In this document: positions 25,140-36,800 of the stretch, piece by piece
Numbering within the stretch: the stretch's first letter is position 1
Layout of the letters: each line of letters starts with the position of its first letter
Assembly (NCBI GenBank): GCA_965235115.1
Contig: OZ249445.1
Location: 19,158,001-19,222,000 of the forward strand
Reading direction: 5' to 3'
Origin: Laetmonice hystrix
Lineage: Eukaryota
Length of the DNA: 64,000 nt
Program-made: the position numbers and the translations under genes
The notes under the pieces: model-generated
Databases searched by the model: none
Told to the model about the DNA's origin: nothing
What the model saw: the letters and a program-made list of their open reading frames with translations, nothing else

Positions 25140-28100
25140 ATGTCGCCGGATGGTACGAAATGTGTGAACTCTGACGCCAACGGTTCGCAAAAAGGAAGTC
25201 CGCGTATGGGGAACGAACCTCATGATCATACAAGCCATCACAGCCTCATGCCCTCACCGCCATCTTCCAAAGACGTAGAATTCCCAGGGTCGGATCTGCC
25301 CAATAAGTTGTCGCTGACAAACGCCGGCGTCGCGTTCGGTTCGGACGCGCCGTTAGACCACAGTGCCGCCAAGTTGTTCCCAGTGCCCCCTGACGGCGGG
25401 TACGGCTGGGTGATCATTGTCGCCTGCTTCCTCTGTAACGCCATTGTGGAGGGAACGGTCGGCTCCTTCGGAGTGTTCATGCCACACTTGATGGGGTATT
25501 TTGGAGGGAGCCAAGGGAAAATGGCTGTTGCGGGGTCTGTGCTCATTGGAGGATTCCTAGTCTCAGGTATATAGCAATAACATGTCTTTGCATTCGTGAT
25601 TCGTGATAAAAGAAATTAATAAAATTGACTATGCATTAAAAAAGTGTCGAACAACCCAAAGGGAACCTCAGAATTGAAGCTTTCTACAACATTTCACTAT
25701 TATAGGCAGGTTGTAGTCAGTTATTATCTCTATCATCTATGTGAAGATGTGTCTTCGATAAGCAGAACACAGATATACCGGATGCAATCGGCCTATTGTT
25801 TCTGACATCAGGGCCCATTGTGAGCGCTCTGGTGAATTGCTTCGGCTGTCGCGTGGTAACAATGAGTGGTGCTGTTATCGCCTGTGTCGGATTCGTTCTC
25901 AGTACCCTGGCGCCTTCTGTCAACGTCTTCATTCTATTGTATGGGGCCCTTGGCGGTAAGTCCTCTGGTAATCGTATTACATGTGTATGTTTCCGGAAGT
26001 ACTTTCATGCTGGTACACTGGGGCCCGTCTTACTAACGTAGGTCGCCGCAATATCGCCGTCAAAGTCGCCAAATTTGTTGTTATTATGTATTGACTGGCC
26101 GTTTGGCGATGTCGCCGTTCGTCCAGGAATATTAAGACGGGCCCCAGATTCTCCACACCCTTTTACGTCCTTGCTTACATGGTTGGATACCCCATACGTG
26201 GTGTAGCATGATAGTTGAGGGCTGACCTTGCTGCTCCAAAAATGACATAACTTGATTCGCTTAACTGGTTTTGATGAATTAAAGACTATTTTTCATGTAA
26301 AAGATTCCCGTTCAGGATCTGGAAGAACATAGATTCTGAGGTTGCTTGGTTTCGTCTGGACGTTTTTGGGGGACACCCTGTATTATATGATATTATATGA
26401 TATTATATTATGTTATGTTATGTTATGTTATGTTATGTTATATTATGTTATGTTATGTTATGTTATGTTATGTTATGTTATGTTATATTTTAAACTTTGC
26501 ACAGCTAAGCAATCTGATTGGTCCATATGTACCACGTGACCCTCCCGAAAATAAGATAGACCTTGGCTCTGAAAAACCATATCAACGTCAAAATAGAAAA
26601 AAAACGTCACGATATGGGACGGATTACTTGACCCAAACATGTATAATATAGCAAAAGTTGTATGGCAGCTCGTGCACTATACAGTTTACGGGACTACGAA
26701 AAGCGATAATGGACTCGCCTTTGCCTCATTCATTATCACTTTTCCCGCGAGTTCACGACCGTCACCTCAACAACATGCAACTCCAGCTGTTGCATAGATC
26801 CATGTATAGCTTATAATCAATTATATGGTAAAATACTTTTATGCATGGTGGTACGCTACTGGGGCCTGTCATAAAGCCTAGCCTAATTGTAGAATTGACT
26901 CACGCTTTTGCCACTGAAAGTTACGTGCAATAATTATGAACGATTTACATCCAATAAAGGTTCGTCTAGGGGAGTCGTATAAATTAACCTACATTATGTA
27001 TCCTCAGTGTCAATTTAAGCCCCCTAACTTTACGATTGCGAATCTACCCATACAGTGTTCATATATTTCGCTATCAATTTGTCCTTGACCCGTTTGTCTG
27101 CTGTGTTGTTGCCAGGGCTGGGAGTCGGGATGCTCTACCTGCCTGCTATGTTGATGGTCGGGTTTTACTTCGAAAGGCGGCGGTCACTGGCGACGGGAAT
27201 CGCTTACTCCGGGGCGGGGATGGGCATGCTTGTCATGGCGCCCACCTGCGCCACACTGCTCTCAGTGCTGGACTGGAAGAACTCGCTGATCCTCCTGTCG
27301 GGATTCGTCCTCCAGGGTCTAGTGCTCGGGGCCCTGATGAGACCTCTCCAGCCGCAGAACGATGAAAGGGACGTCACCGGCCTGGAGACGACGCCCAGCA
27401 CGGAAGACAACAAGGATCTGGTCAGTGAACAAAGTTTCCGGTCCTCTAGGGACGCGGCGGACGATTGCAGGATGGCAGTCGACATTCCGCAAGGCACGTT
27501 TGGGGAGTCACGGTGTAGCAGCTATTCCAGCGCAGTCAGAGCTGTGGTCGTCACTGATGTAATAACTAGGCCGGCTGTTAAAACTCAATCACTCAATGTG
27601 CTTTCTGTGAAAGCGAATAGTGCATTTCCGAGGCTCATTGAGACAGAACCCCCGGGAAACACATCAGTGCAGGCCACCCCTTTACTGACAGAATCATGTC
27701 TGGAACTCCCCAGTGACCCTTCATCCCGCAACCAGAGACTCCACGCGCACAAAAACATCAGGAACCATCTAGATTCGGGCGCGAGACAATACGGCGACGT
27801 CCGGTTCGTGTCATACAGCGAGCTGGCCAGGGTGTGTGAGGACACGTTCAGCCAGATAGACCTGGAAAAACTCAAGACCGAGATGTGGAAACCTTTAGCC
27901 CGGCGTGATATTTTCTACTCCGGCAGCGTGTCCAGGCTGCCAGAGTTCCAAGCTCAGCCCGACATGGCGTCGTACATTGCCTCGGTGACGATGATTCCAG
28001 TGGAGGACCTCTCAAAATCCGTGTCCTCCCGCTGCCCCTGCCTCTCCAGGAGCACCTTGGCCACCTTGTACGAGATGATCGACGTCGCCATTCTAGCCAA

Positions 28101-30597
28101 CCCGTATTTTCTGATCATATGTCTTGCTAGCATCTTCATCCAAGTGGCCTATTTTGTGCCCATTGTCTTTGTTCCTGTTTTTGCAGCCAGTCTCGAAATT
28201 GACCCTGAGAAGGCGTCTATGTTAATCTCGGTTATAGGTAAGCTCCTCGCCTGCCGCACATTGTCAAAATTTTGGCCATCTTCGACCAACTTTTAGTCGG
28301 GAACCAGTCGTGCAGTTGGTCCAAATCGTAGCCCATTCGAAAAACAAATCGGGAGCCAAGCGGCTCGGTTGCAGTTGACCACCTGGCCAATCACCGTACA
28401 GTATTTGATCATGTGAGGATCGCACCGATTCCCGAAACACCCACTAGGTTCGCATGATCTCTTGGCGTGAATCGGCGCCTGTTCTACCGCACAGGTCATA
28501 ACAGTGTGCGAGCGCAGTTGGCGTTGGCTCCAGTTGAGTTGGCTCGGTCGGCCAAAATCATGATAATGTGCGGCTGGCTTTGGGGTTTGTCCATAAAAAT
28601 ATTGGAATCGCATCGTAACTGCAGAGTATGGAAATGGCGACGGTGTATGCGTGTTGCCATTGGTGTGAAATCCAAGCATTGGTCTGTTCGGTGTATGTGT
28701 GTGTTTGCGTGCGGGAGAGATGGAGAGAACAAGCATATTGAAGAATAGTTGAATGCAGTGATGGAGATAGCGAGTCTCCCGGTGTTATTTGAGATGGATG
28801 TTTATCTTAAAATATAAAGACTATGTTGATGATGTGCCTGTGTCCAGTTTCTTTACCTCTATACCTGTAGGTGTTGCCAACACGGTGGGCCGTGCCGGGG
28901 CGGGGTGTTTGGCCAACATCCCACGCGTTCACGACCTTCACCTCAATAACATATCACTCATCGTGTCGGGAATCTCAACCATCGCCGTCGTTTTCATCTG
29001 TAACTCGTTCACGGCTCTAGTTGTCTATGCCGCCATCTTCGGCATGTTTATCGGTAGGTGGCCACCGATCCAGGCTGTATACGTTACTCTTCTTCTGCTC
29101 CACTGACTTTGCAGTACTTCATCTTTAATGTTTCTGTTAAGACTTGGGTTAAAGGGGCATGCTATGGAACACGTTTTTTTGGATTTCCGGCAATCCAACA
29201 TGACCGTGTACTGGGATCCAAGTAAATAATCCTACCACAGCATTTTGTCTCCGACGTGTTTTCGCTGCGTATGCAGCACAAGTAGGTTCTATACGACCAA
29301 ACCCATAGATTTCTCCCGATAGCACATCTCCCGCCATAATTTGACAACCTCCCATCAACCCGTGTAATTGCATACTGTGTCACCTCCTGCGTGTGGACTC
29401 TCTGCATGTGCTTAGTCACGTGCTTCGTTTAGTTGTAAACAATTCATCAGTTGCACTCGATCGTCTGGCATCAGAATGCCACCCAAAATATTTTACGAAA
29501 TCGGCAGAGAAGCAGGCAAGGGAGCTTCATAAACTTCGATTTCTCACGCAAAATGAAACTGATAAGTCTGTCTTTGTTTACCAAGCAATTTTAATGAAAG
29601 ATCTCTTTATGAAAACAGGAAAAGTTCTTTAAAATACAGATTTTTCACATTTCCTCATAATATGCCCCTTTAAGTGTTTCTGCATATCATGACGAGCTCT
29701 CTAGCTGTCCATGACAGTTGACAAATAATCTCCTTTATGATTGTAGCTGCCTTTGTGCCTTTGACTACCATTTTCCTCGTGCGATTCCTTGGCCTCCATC
29801 GCCTCAATAATGCCATGGGTTTACTCTCCATGGTGCGAGGCCTGGCCTCCATGGCAGGACCTCCTATAGCAGGTAGACAGTAGAGGGCATAGTCTCGGGG
29901 AATTGGAAAGCTGGAAGTCACTAGGACCAACTCGGGCGAGACAAGCTGGCGCTAGTTGACGGTCTGGTGCTCCTGTGAAAATAGTTTACGATCCATTTCA
30001 TTCATACAAATGTAAAGGTTTCATCTAAGGTTGGCCTCCAGGTCTGTTTATAGTATACCTCCACACAGATCATTCATACGAATGTAAACCGTTTCTTCTA
30101 AGGTTGGCCTCCAGGGGTGCGTTTCACAACCTGTCGTTAGCTTGTCTTATCGTTAACACCAATGTATTTTCAATGGGGATTTTAACGCACGACAGGATAA
30201 CGATGGTTGTGAAACGCACCCCAGGTCTGTTTACAGTATACCTCCACACAGAAAGCGCTGGAATATCAATATTTTATCACAAACCAAATTTTGCGGCGTT
30301 GCTCTTCCAGAATTTTCAGGTATCTGCATGGCAACGCCGGTTTAAATGGTAAATTGATGAAGCATCGTGTAATGGAATGTACAACTACCTCATTCAGTGA
30401 TGAACTATTCTCTGTATTTTCTTTTCGTTTTGCTTGTAGGCGTTCTCCTGGACAAGTACTCGTCGTATACAATTGTGTTCTCCTTTGCGGGCACCATGTT
30501 TGTGATGGCAGGCTTGACCTTCTACCTACTGCCCATCTATCACAAGTGGAATATCGCACGGGGACAATCTGCCGTGCTAAAAGATCCCGCATGGTAG
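25140..30597 (+). CDS. Monocarboxylate transporter family (SLC16/MCT, MFS), long-central-loop invertebrate type, 719 aa, 6 coding exons
   Basis: Exons 25140-25566, 25812-25955, 27116-28237, 28871-29053, 29747-29872, 30440-30597 (2160 nt, phase-consistent). Motifs PPDGGYGWVII, GPIVSALVN.FG.R, YFERRRSLATGIAYSGAG, RRDIFYSGS, GPPIAG.LLD. Confidence 0.93.
26020..26145. mobile_element. Short Harbinger-like MITE
   Basis: TIR GGGGCCCGTCTTA...TAAGACGGGCCCC. Confidence 0.6.
26385..26487. repeat. (TATGT)n microsatellite
   Basis: Directly visible pentanucleotide run. Confidence 0.95.
29153..29669. mobile_element. Kolobok-like non-autonomous element, TTAA TSD
   Basis: TTAA|AGGGGCAT...ATGCCCCT|TTAA in SLC16 intron 4; superfamily assigned from the TTAA target and AGG termini only. 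Confidence 0.65.
30115..30221. mobile_element. 107-bp PIF/Harbinger-type MITE with CAG TSD
   Basis: CAG|GGGTGCGTTTCACAACC...GGTTGTGAAACGCACCC|CAG; an uninterrupted copy of the target (GGCCTCCAGGTCTG) is in the adjacent duplicate at ~30033. Confidence 0.85.
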
Positions 30598-31055
30598 ACT
30601 TATGTACAGTGTAGTCAGCCACACCAGCGTGACTGGCTGTGCTAATTAAGACTCCGGTTGACTACTCTTATACGTCTGCCGTATTACACCCCCCCCCCCC
30701 CCATCGCGGCCGATGGGTTAGTTATCCGATTGGTGAATGCATGGAGGGGACCACCGTCGATGTATTATAGTGACTAGTCAACCGACTGGTCAGAGCCAAT
30801 AAATGGATGACCCAGCAGGAGCAAAATACAAACAGTATCTGTGTAAATTAAAAGGAAATCTAATGATAGTTGTGGTTTTTTTTGTTGGTTCTTGTCTGAA
30901 ATGTCAAGGTAGGCCTAATGTTACGCGATACGATCATGCCGCAGGTGCGCGTCACGTGACACAAGGGAATTCCCCCGTGAAATCCTAGTCACAGTTCATA
31001 TGGCGTAAATGCGCACCAAAGGGTTGACGGTGAACGATTGACGAATTCATGTTAA

Positions 31056-31250
31056 CAGGGCCGGATCCAGGATTTTTTTTTTTTTTTGGGGGGGGGGGGG
31101 GGGGGGCACTGGTGTATAGGTGGATGAATGGATCCATATAGCTACCTGACATGGGCAAAGGTCACTCAGTATAGGGGGGACTAGAACCCTGTTTTTGAAA
31201 AATTTCGGGGGGGGGGGGGGGGGCTGTGCCCCCCCCTAAATCCGCCCCTG
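31056..31250. mobile_element. MITE of the CAGGG(G/C)CGGATCCAGG...ATCCGCCCCTG family with poly-G runs (related copies ~22300, ~23975, ~36235-36467, ~44800)
   Basis: Imperfect TIRs, GTTAA on both flanks, several similar copies in the window. Confidence 0.65.
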
Positions 31251-31530
31251 GTTAATATGCTAGATTATCGTTTTTTCTCAGCTAAAATACACGTATTACC
31301 TATGATATCGTTTCTGCAGCTTGATGTTGAAAGCGGCTATAGGGTAAGTAGGCCCCCCTCTAGGATAACTTCGAAAATAAAATACTTGCCTGTAACCGAT
31401 AGCAACCTATTTACATACGTGAAGATCCCCTGCGGCTTACCCAGGCGTTCATTTTAACTGCTGGGCGCGAATGTGGGCGTGAACATCGACGTGTGCCGGA
31501 CCAAGGATTCTGTATAGCTCCACCGTACTA

Positions 31531-32324
31531 CGGTGGCCCAGAAGTACAAAATCGTCTACTCGTCGACCAGATTCCTCCACTCGTCGACTAGATTCCTCCA
31601 CTCGTCGGCCTCAATCCTCTACTCGTCGACCACTCAATCGTCTACGAGTTCGTCGACCAGATTCCTTCACTCGTCAGCCTCATTCCTTCACTCGTCGGCC
31701 AGATTCCTCCACTCGACGGTCGCACATTCCTCGACTTGACGGTCGCAAATTCCTTGACTCCACGGCCAGATTCCCCTACTCCACTCATCTATGGGTTCAG
31801 GAAGTACGAGATGTGAAGGTCTGAGACTGCCTCTGACCGCCGGAGATGTGACGGCCTAACCGCCGGGGATGTGACGGTCTGACTGTCAGTGCCATTGAGA
31901 GTGTGGCTGTGCCGTCACGCGGGCGGTTTGACTTCAGCCGTGTGACGGCAATTCATTACGACAGTGTGTACTTCAGTGCTACGTTTATTTGCGTTATTTA
32001 GGGACTACAATTCAAAATCAATATGCTGTGGTAGGTAATCAGATGAAAAAAATCCTTTGTGGCTTCTTTCGCTCCTTCCGGTCTATGCAAGCGCCCTCTG
32101 GTGAGAGCCACGGCAGCAGCGAGTTCAGTTTTACCACAATATCTGAGAACTGAATCGATGAGCCGAGGAATATGTGGGGCCGTCGAGTGAAGGAATATGT
32201 GACCGTCGAGTGAAGGAATGAGGCCGACGAGTGAGGGAATGTGCGACCGTCGAGTCGAGGAATCTAGCCGACGAGTGAAGGAATGAGGCCGACGAGTGGA
32301 CGATTTTGTACTTCTGGGCCACCG
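31531..32324. mobile_element. Tc1/mariner-like non-autonomous element with minisatellite-containing long inverted ends, TA TSD
   Basis: TA|CGGTGGCCCAGAAGTACAAAATCGTC...GACGATTTTGTACTTCTGGGCCACCG|TA; both arms continue into ~21-bp CACTCGTCGGCC/ATTCCT repeats in inverted orientation. Confidence 0.8.
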
Positions 32325-32838
32325 TACTACGGATGTAGTTGGTGGCGGCTCTGAACTCATCCATCCAAGCGTCGTTGAACATATTATTATGGATGAGTTC
32401 CTCTCTGTGCTATGATGCGTCGATCGTGTTGGCTTCTCTTTTACGTGCAGCATCTTCAGTCGTATATATAGGCCTACATACACTCACAAATGTGCAGAGG
32501 AGGCTGGGCTACACATACATGGGCCGCCCCTTTCCTGAATACGTTTAACTGACTGAAGTTGCAGGCCACCTTTGTCGTTTTCATATTTTACCGAAGCAGG
32601 AAAATCGTCTCGAACGGGTATGTTGTAACGTTTTTGAAACTGATCGTGAAATGAATGGTTTGTAAAATAAGTTAAATTGATCTTTCGGTGTGCTGAAGTA
32701 AACAGCTCCGATGAGATTAGTGGGAAGTAATATTTTGTGCTCTTATTATCAACTATTTAGGTAGAGCCTGACGTGATTTAGAAGGAGCCCGCAGTGACTT
32801 AGCAGATGTGTGTTGAGTTTTTTTTTTACTCAAGTCTA

Positions 32839-33132
32839 AAGCTGTGAACACATGTAGCGTTTTTGCGGCAACGGCAAGGATAATGCGGCAATGCGGCAGC
32901 GGCCAAAAAAAATCGCCAAAATGAAATCCAGTGAATGTGTACACATGCGTACGGTCACGGCAATACGACTATCCGACTATTTGCCTGGTAGATAGTCGGA
33001 TAGTCGTATTGCCGTTACCGTACGCATGTGTACACATTCACTGGATTTCATTTTGGCGATTTTTTTGGCCGCTGCCGCATTGCCGCATTATCCTTGCCGT
33101 TGCCGCAAAAACGCTACATGTGTTCACAGCTT
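32839..33132. mobile_element. Near-perfect ~294-bp palindrome (hairpin MITE), TA flanks
   Basis: Arms of ~140 bp with very few mismatches around an ~11-nt loop at 32981-32991. Confidence 0.85.
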
Positions 33133-33867
33133 TATGCATATGTTGACTATTATCTGCTAGTTTTTTTTATCTCTTGTAACACTAAGTTTGGGCATTATGA
33201 CCCCTGCTGGAATGAGGTTTGCTACATACACCTCTGCTGTTGATGCTGTGTGCTCCGAATATTTTGTCAACCAGAACGTCATGCAGGGAACGCCTATTAG
33301 ATAACATTAGAGGTCACGTTTTGACTCAGACATGGAAATAGGCCTAATATATTTGGGAGATTTCATTTTAAATTGAATATTGAAGTGTCATGCTCTGCAT
33401 ATAGATTGCGTTTCATAACTCAGCCATATACCCCAGTGGCCTAACTGCTGGGGGGGGGGGCAAGAGGTGGTAGAGATAAAAATTTGGGAGGGGGGCGAGC
33501 GGGAGGTGTCAGCCTCCTGACGGGGGGCGGGGGGGGGGGCGCTTGCTCCCCCTGCCCCTATAGTTATGCATATACCCACACAAAGTCTGCATGGGGTCTG
33601 AAAGTTCAACCAAAATTTTATCCACTGATTTCCACGAAGGCTGATAAAACAGTAGATAAGATTATGTCAAAGTAATTTAACAAAAAATTACATGAATGTA
33701 TTAAGTTACGTCCACCTGTCCTTCGAAAGATCGCGTTATAAGTCTTAAATGATACCCCTATATAGAAGTATTGACTACAACCTATAATTTGGCGTGGGAT
33801 ATACTATATAGTGCCTACTACGTGCATGTTTATGTGACTACACAAAACTAGAGACTATAGAGAGGAC

Positions 33868-36800
33868 ATGGACACTACTTCTGGCACCGAGACACAGTCC
33901 TACAAGGACAGCATCCCTCGCTACAAACTGGTGGACGGATTACCTATCCCAGGCAGCCTGGTACGGACAGACCTCGAGACTATCAGGGACTTCTGGGTGC
34001 GTCCCGACGACATCTTTATAGTTGGATATCCTAGATCTGGTCAGTATATCCATAGATGTGTAGTACTACACATCTATGGTATATCCTATTGCTTCAGTTA
34101 GGGCTTCAAAGATGCATATATTTCATTTAGGCACCTATATATAGCCATGCGGTTGAACATTCATGTAGGCCTATAGGCCTATGCACGCGCGTGCATGTGC
34201 GAGGCCCCTATGCATGGCTATGTACGTTTGCATCAACATGAAATACACGCGTTATTATAGTCGTGTTAGCTGTTTTCTTATTTGCATGCATTCAGGATCA
34301 TGAGCTGCTCCTGTCTACAGAGATATATGCGAACAAAATCCTTTATTCCAATCAGTTGGGTTTCTTCAGTTTTGTGCTTTTGTAGGAAACCATTTGTTGA
34401 AGGAGATTGTGACGGCGCTTTACGGGGACAAGCTGTCCTTCTACAAATCTCGTCACACACATGAACGTATACCTTGTATGGAGTTTGCGCTCGACATCGA
34501 AAACGTGATATCTACCTGGTTACGTTAGTATTCGAATCACTTCTCCCTTTTTGCAGGGGGTGGGGGGGGGGTGCTAACAATCGGGAGAAGCCGCCGACCA
34601 TTAAAAAACGACGAAAGAGTGGAGAAAAATACCCTTTTTACACTGAAAAAATCAAGCTCCTCAAACTTGTCACAAAGTCTTCTACTGTTACAAGTTTTGC
34701 CTTGTCAAAGTGACGGTCATAAAATTAACAAGTTTAGCCTTGTCAACATGACGACCTGCCAGGGGGCCTGACGAAAACTTGTCAAACTGACAAGTTTAGC
34801 CTTGTCAATGGGACGTCGTCTCATCAGACAAGGTTTCCCTTGTCAAAGCGACGGTCATAAAATTAACAAGTTTAGCCTTGTCAACATGACGACTTGTCAG
34901 GGTGCCTGGCAAAAAGTTGTCAAACTGGCGACTCTCGCTTCGTCAATGGGACGACTGGATCACTTGTCTCTTCCTGTAAGAGAATAAACTAAAGTCAGTC
35001 ACAAAAATAAATTATTACTTCATTCACATTTCATTGTTAAACTGTTAGATTCCGGTAGTCAATCTTAACCCCAGGGGTATTTCGTGCGATCGCCACACAA
35101 ACCCTAACCAAAAGTGTGTAAAGATAGCAGCTACTCAGGTGTTCAACTTGTAGGCTTGATCCACCTCTGGAACTTTTTATATGGGGGTTATTAAGTAATT
35201 GATCTCAGACGATGTCGTTCAGGAGCCAAATCATATCATAAGTTGACGGTGATCAAACTGCCAAACATGGTATGACCCCATGGTACTGATATAACGAACT
35301 ATAATATCAGTTTCTTCATTTCTTCACCATACAGTGTATCCGTACGATTCTCAAACAGAAGTGTATTTCCATTGTCCATGACTTTGAGAAGCCTGCCACC
35401 CTAGAGATCATGTTCAGTCTACTCCAGGTACTTCTGTTTTTGCTGGGCTACTGAGTTTGAATTAGTGAACACAAATTTGGGGCTAGTTGGGCCTAAGTTC
35501 TCCACTGCTGCTTACTCCAGGTGTAATACTAATAGGCCCTAATAACCCCCTGATATCATGAAATCTGGGTATATAATGGGCCTGCCTACAATATTCTGCA
35601 TGGCCGAGGCCAGTTTACACCCCGGGGGTTATTTTTGGCTATAGGCCAGAACATATANNNNNNNNNNNNNNNNNNNNNNNNNNNNNNNNNNNNNNNNNNN
35701 NNNNNNNNNNNNNNNNNNNNNNNNNNNNNNNNNNNNNNNNNNNNNNNNNNNNNNNNNNNNNNNNNNNNNNNNNNNNNNNNNNNNNNNNNNNNNNNNNNNN
35801 NNNNNNNNNNNNNNNNNNNNCTTCCTTTGCTTCTTCCTCTACTTAATTCCTCATCTTCCTCTGCTTCTTTCTCTTCTTCCCCTTATTCCACTTCTTCTGG
35901 TTGGGGGGTATAAAATGGGTCAGAGGTATGTTCTGGCCTAGCCCAGAATAACCTCCGGGGTGTAAACTGGCCTACACCCATGAACTTAAAAATATGAAAG
36001 TATCACATGATATTAATATATTCTATAGACACACTCTTCGATCATCCATGATCAAGGACGGTACAGTTTCCTCTAATGGGTTTTATACCCGGGTATACTT
36101 TGGGCCAGGGTTATAATCCGGCCTGTTACACCGGGCTATTGGTTGCTGAAAAAACTTAACACTGCACTGTCTGTAGTGCTGGCCATACAAATGGTATGAA
36201 CTGCTTGTCCAGAAAAATATATTAGGGGCATGCTCAGGGGCGGATCCAAGATTTTGCAACTGGGAGGGGGGCTGGGGGGTGTATGTAAGTCCTCTTAGGT
36301 GCGGGGATGGGGCTTAAGCCCCCTATCCACTGGCGGATCCAGGATTTCACTAAAGGGGGGGGGGGGCACAGAAAAGTAATTCATGATTGTTTCCATTACT
36401 AATTAAAGCTCATGCTCTTGAATGAGAGTTTTAGAGTTATCCCCCCCCCCCTCTGGATCCGCCTTTGCTATCCCCCCTCCTGAATCTGCCACTGCATGCT
36501 GTAGTCTACATGGCTATAATACATGACATAGCTCGCACAAGGCATATAACGTTAGGCCTAAGTTTTAACATGGGAGTCTATAACAGTGTCAGGCTTCTGA
36601 TTAATCTGCACACTTTACTTAGGCCTACTTTATTCAGGTGGAAGAAATATTACGTTTTTCTCCAATAAGTCCCATCTACTGATCAGTGATAGATAAGGGT
36701 AAAAGCAAGAGATTTGTCCATTCTTACCTTTGCGGGACATGTGTCCAAGACCATTCCGCCAGTTTGGTTTCGAACGAATGATAGACGGTATCAGTACAGT

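Noticed and set aside
31533-32483. HSS-repeat ORFs on both strands
   Set aside because: Derived from the inverted minisatellite arms of a TA-flanked element.
33311-33328. AGGTCA half-site plus TGACTCA upstream of SULT as an NR response element
   Set aside because: Single imperfect site; expected by chance.
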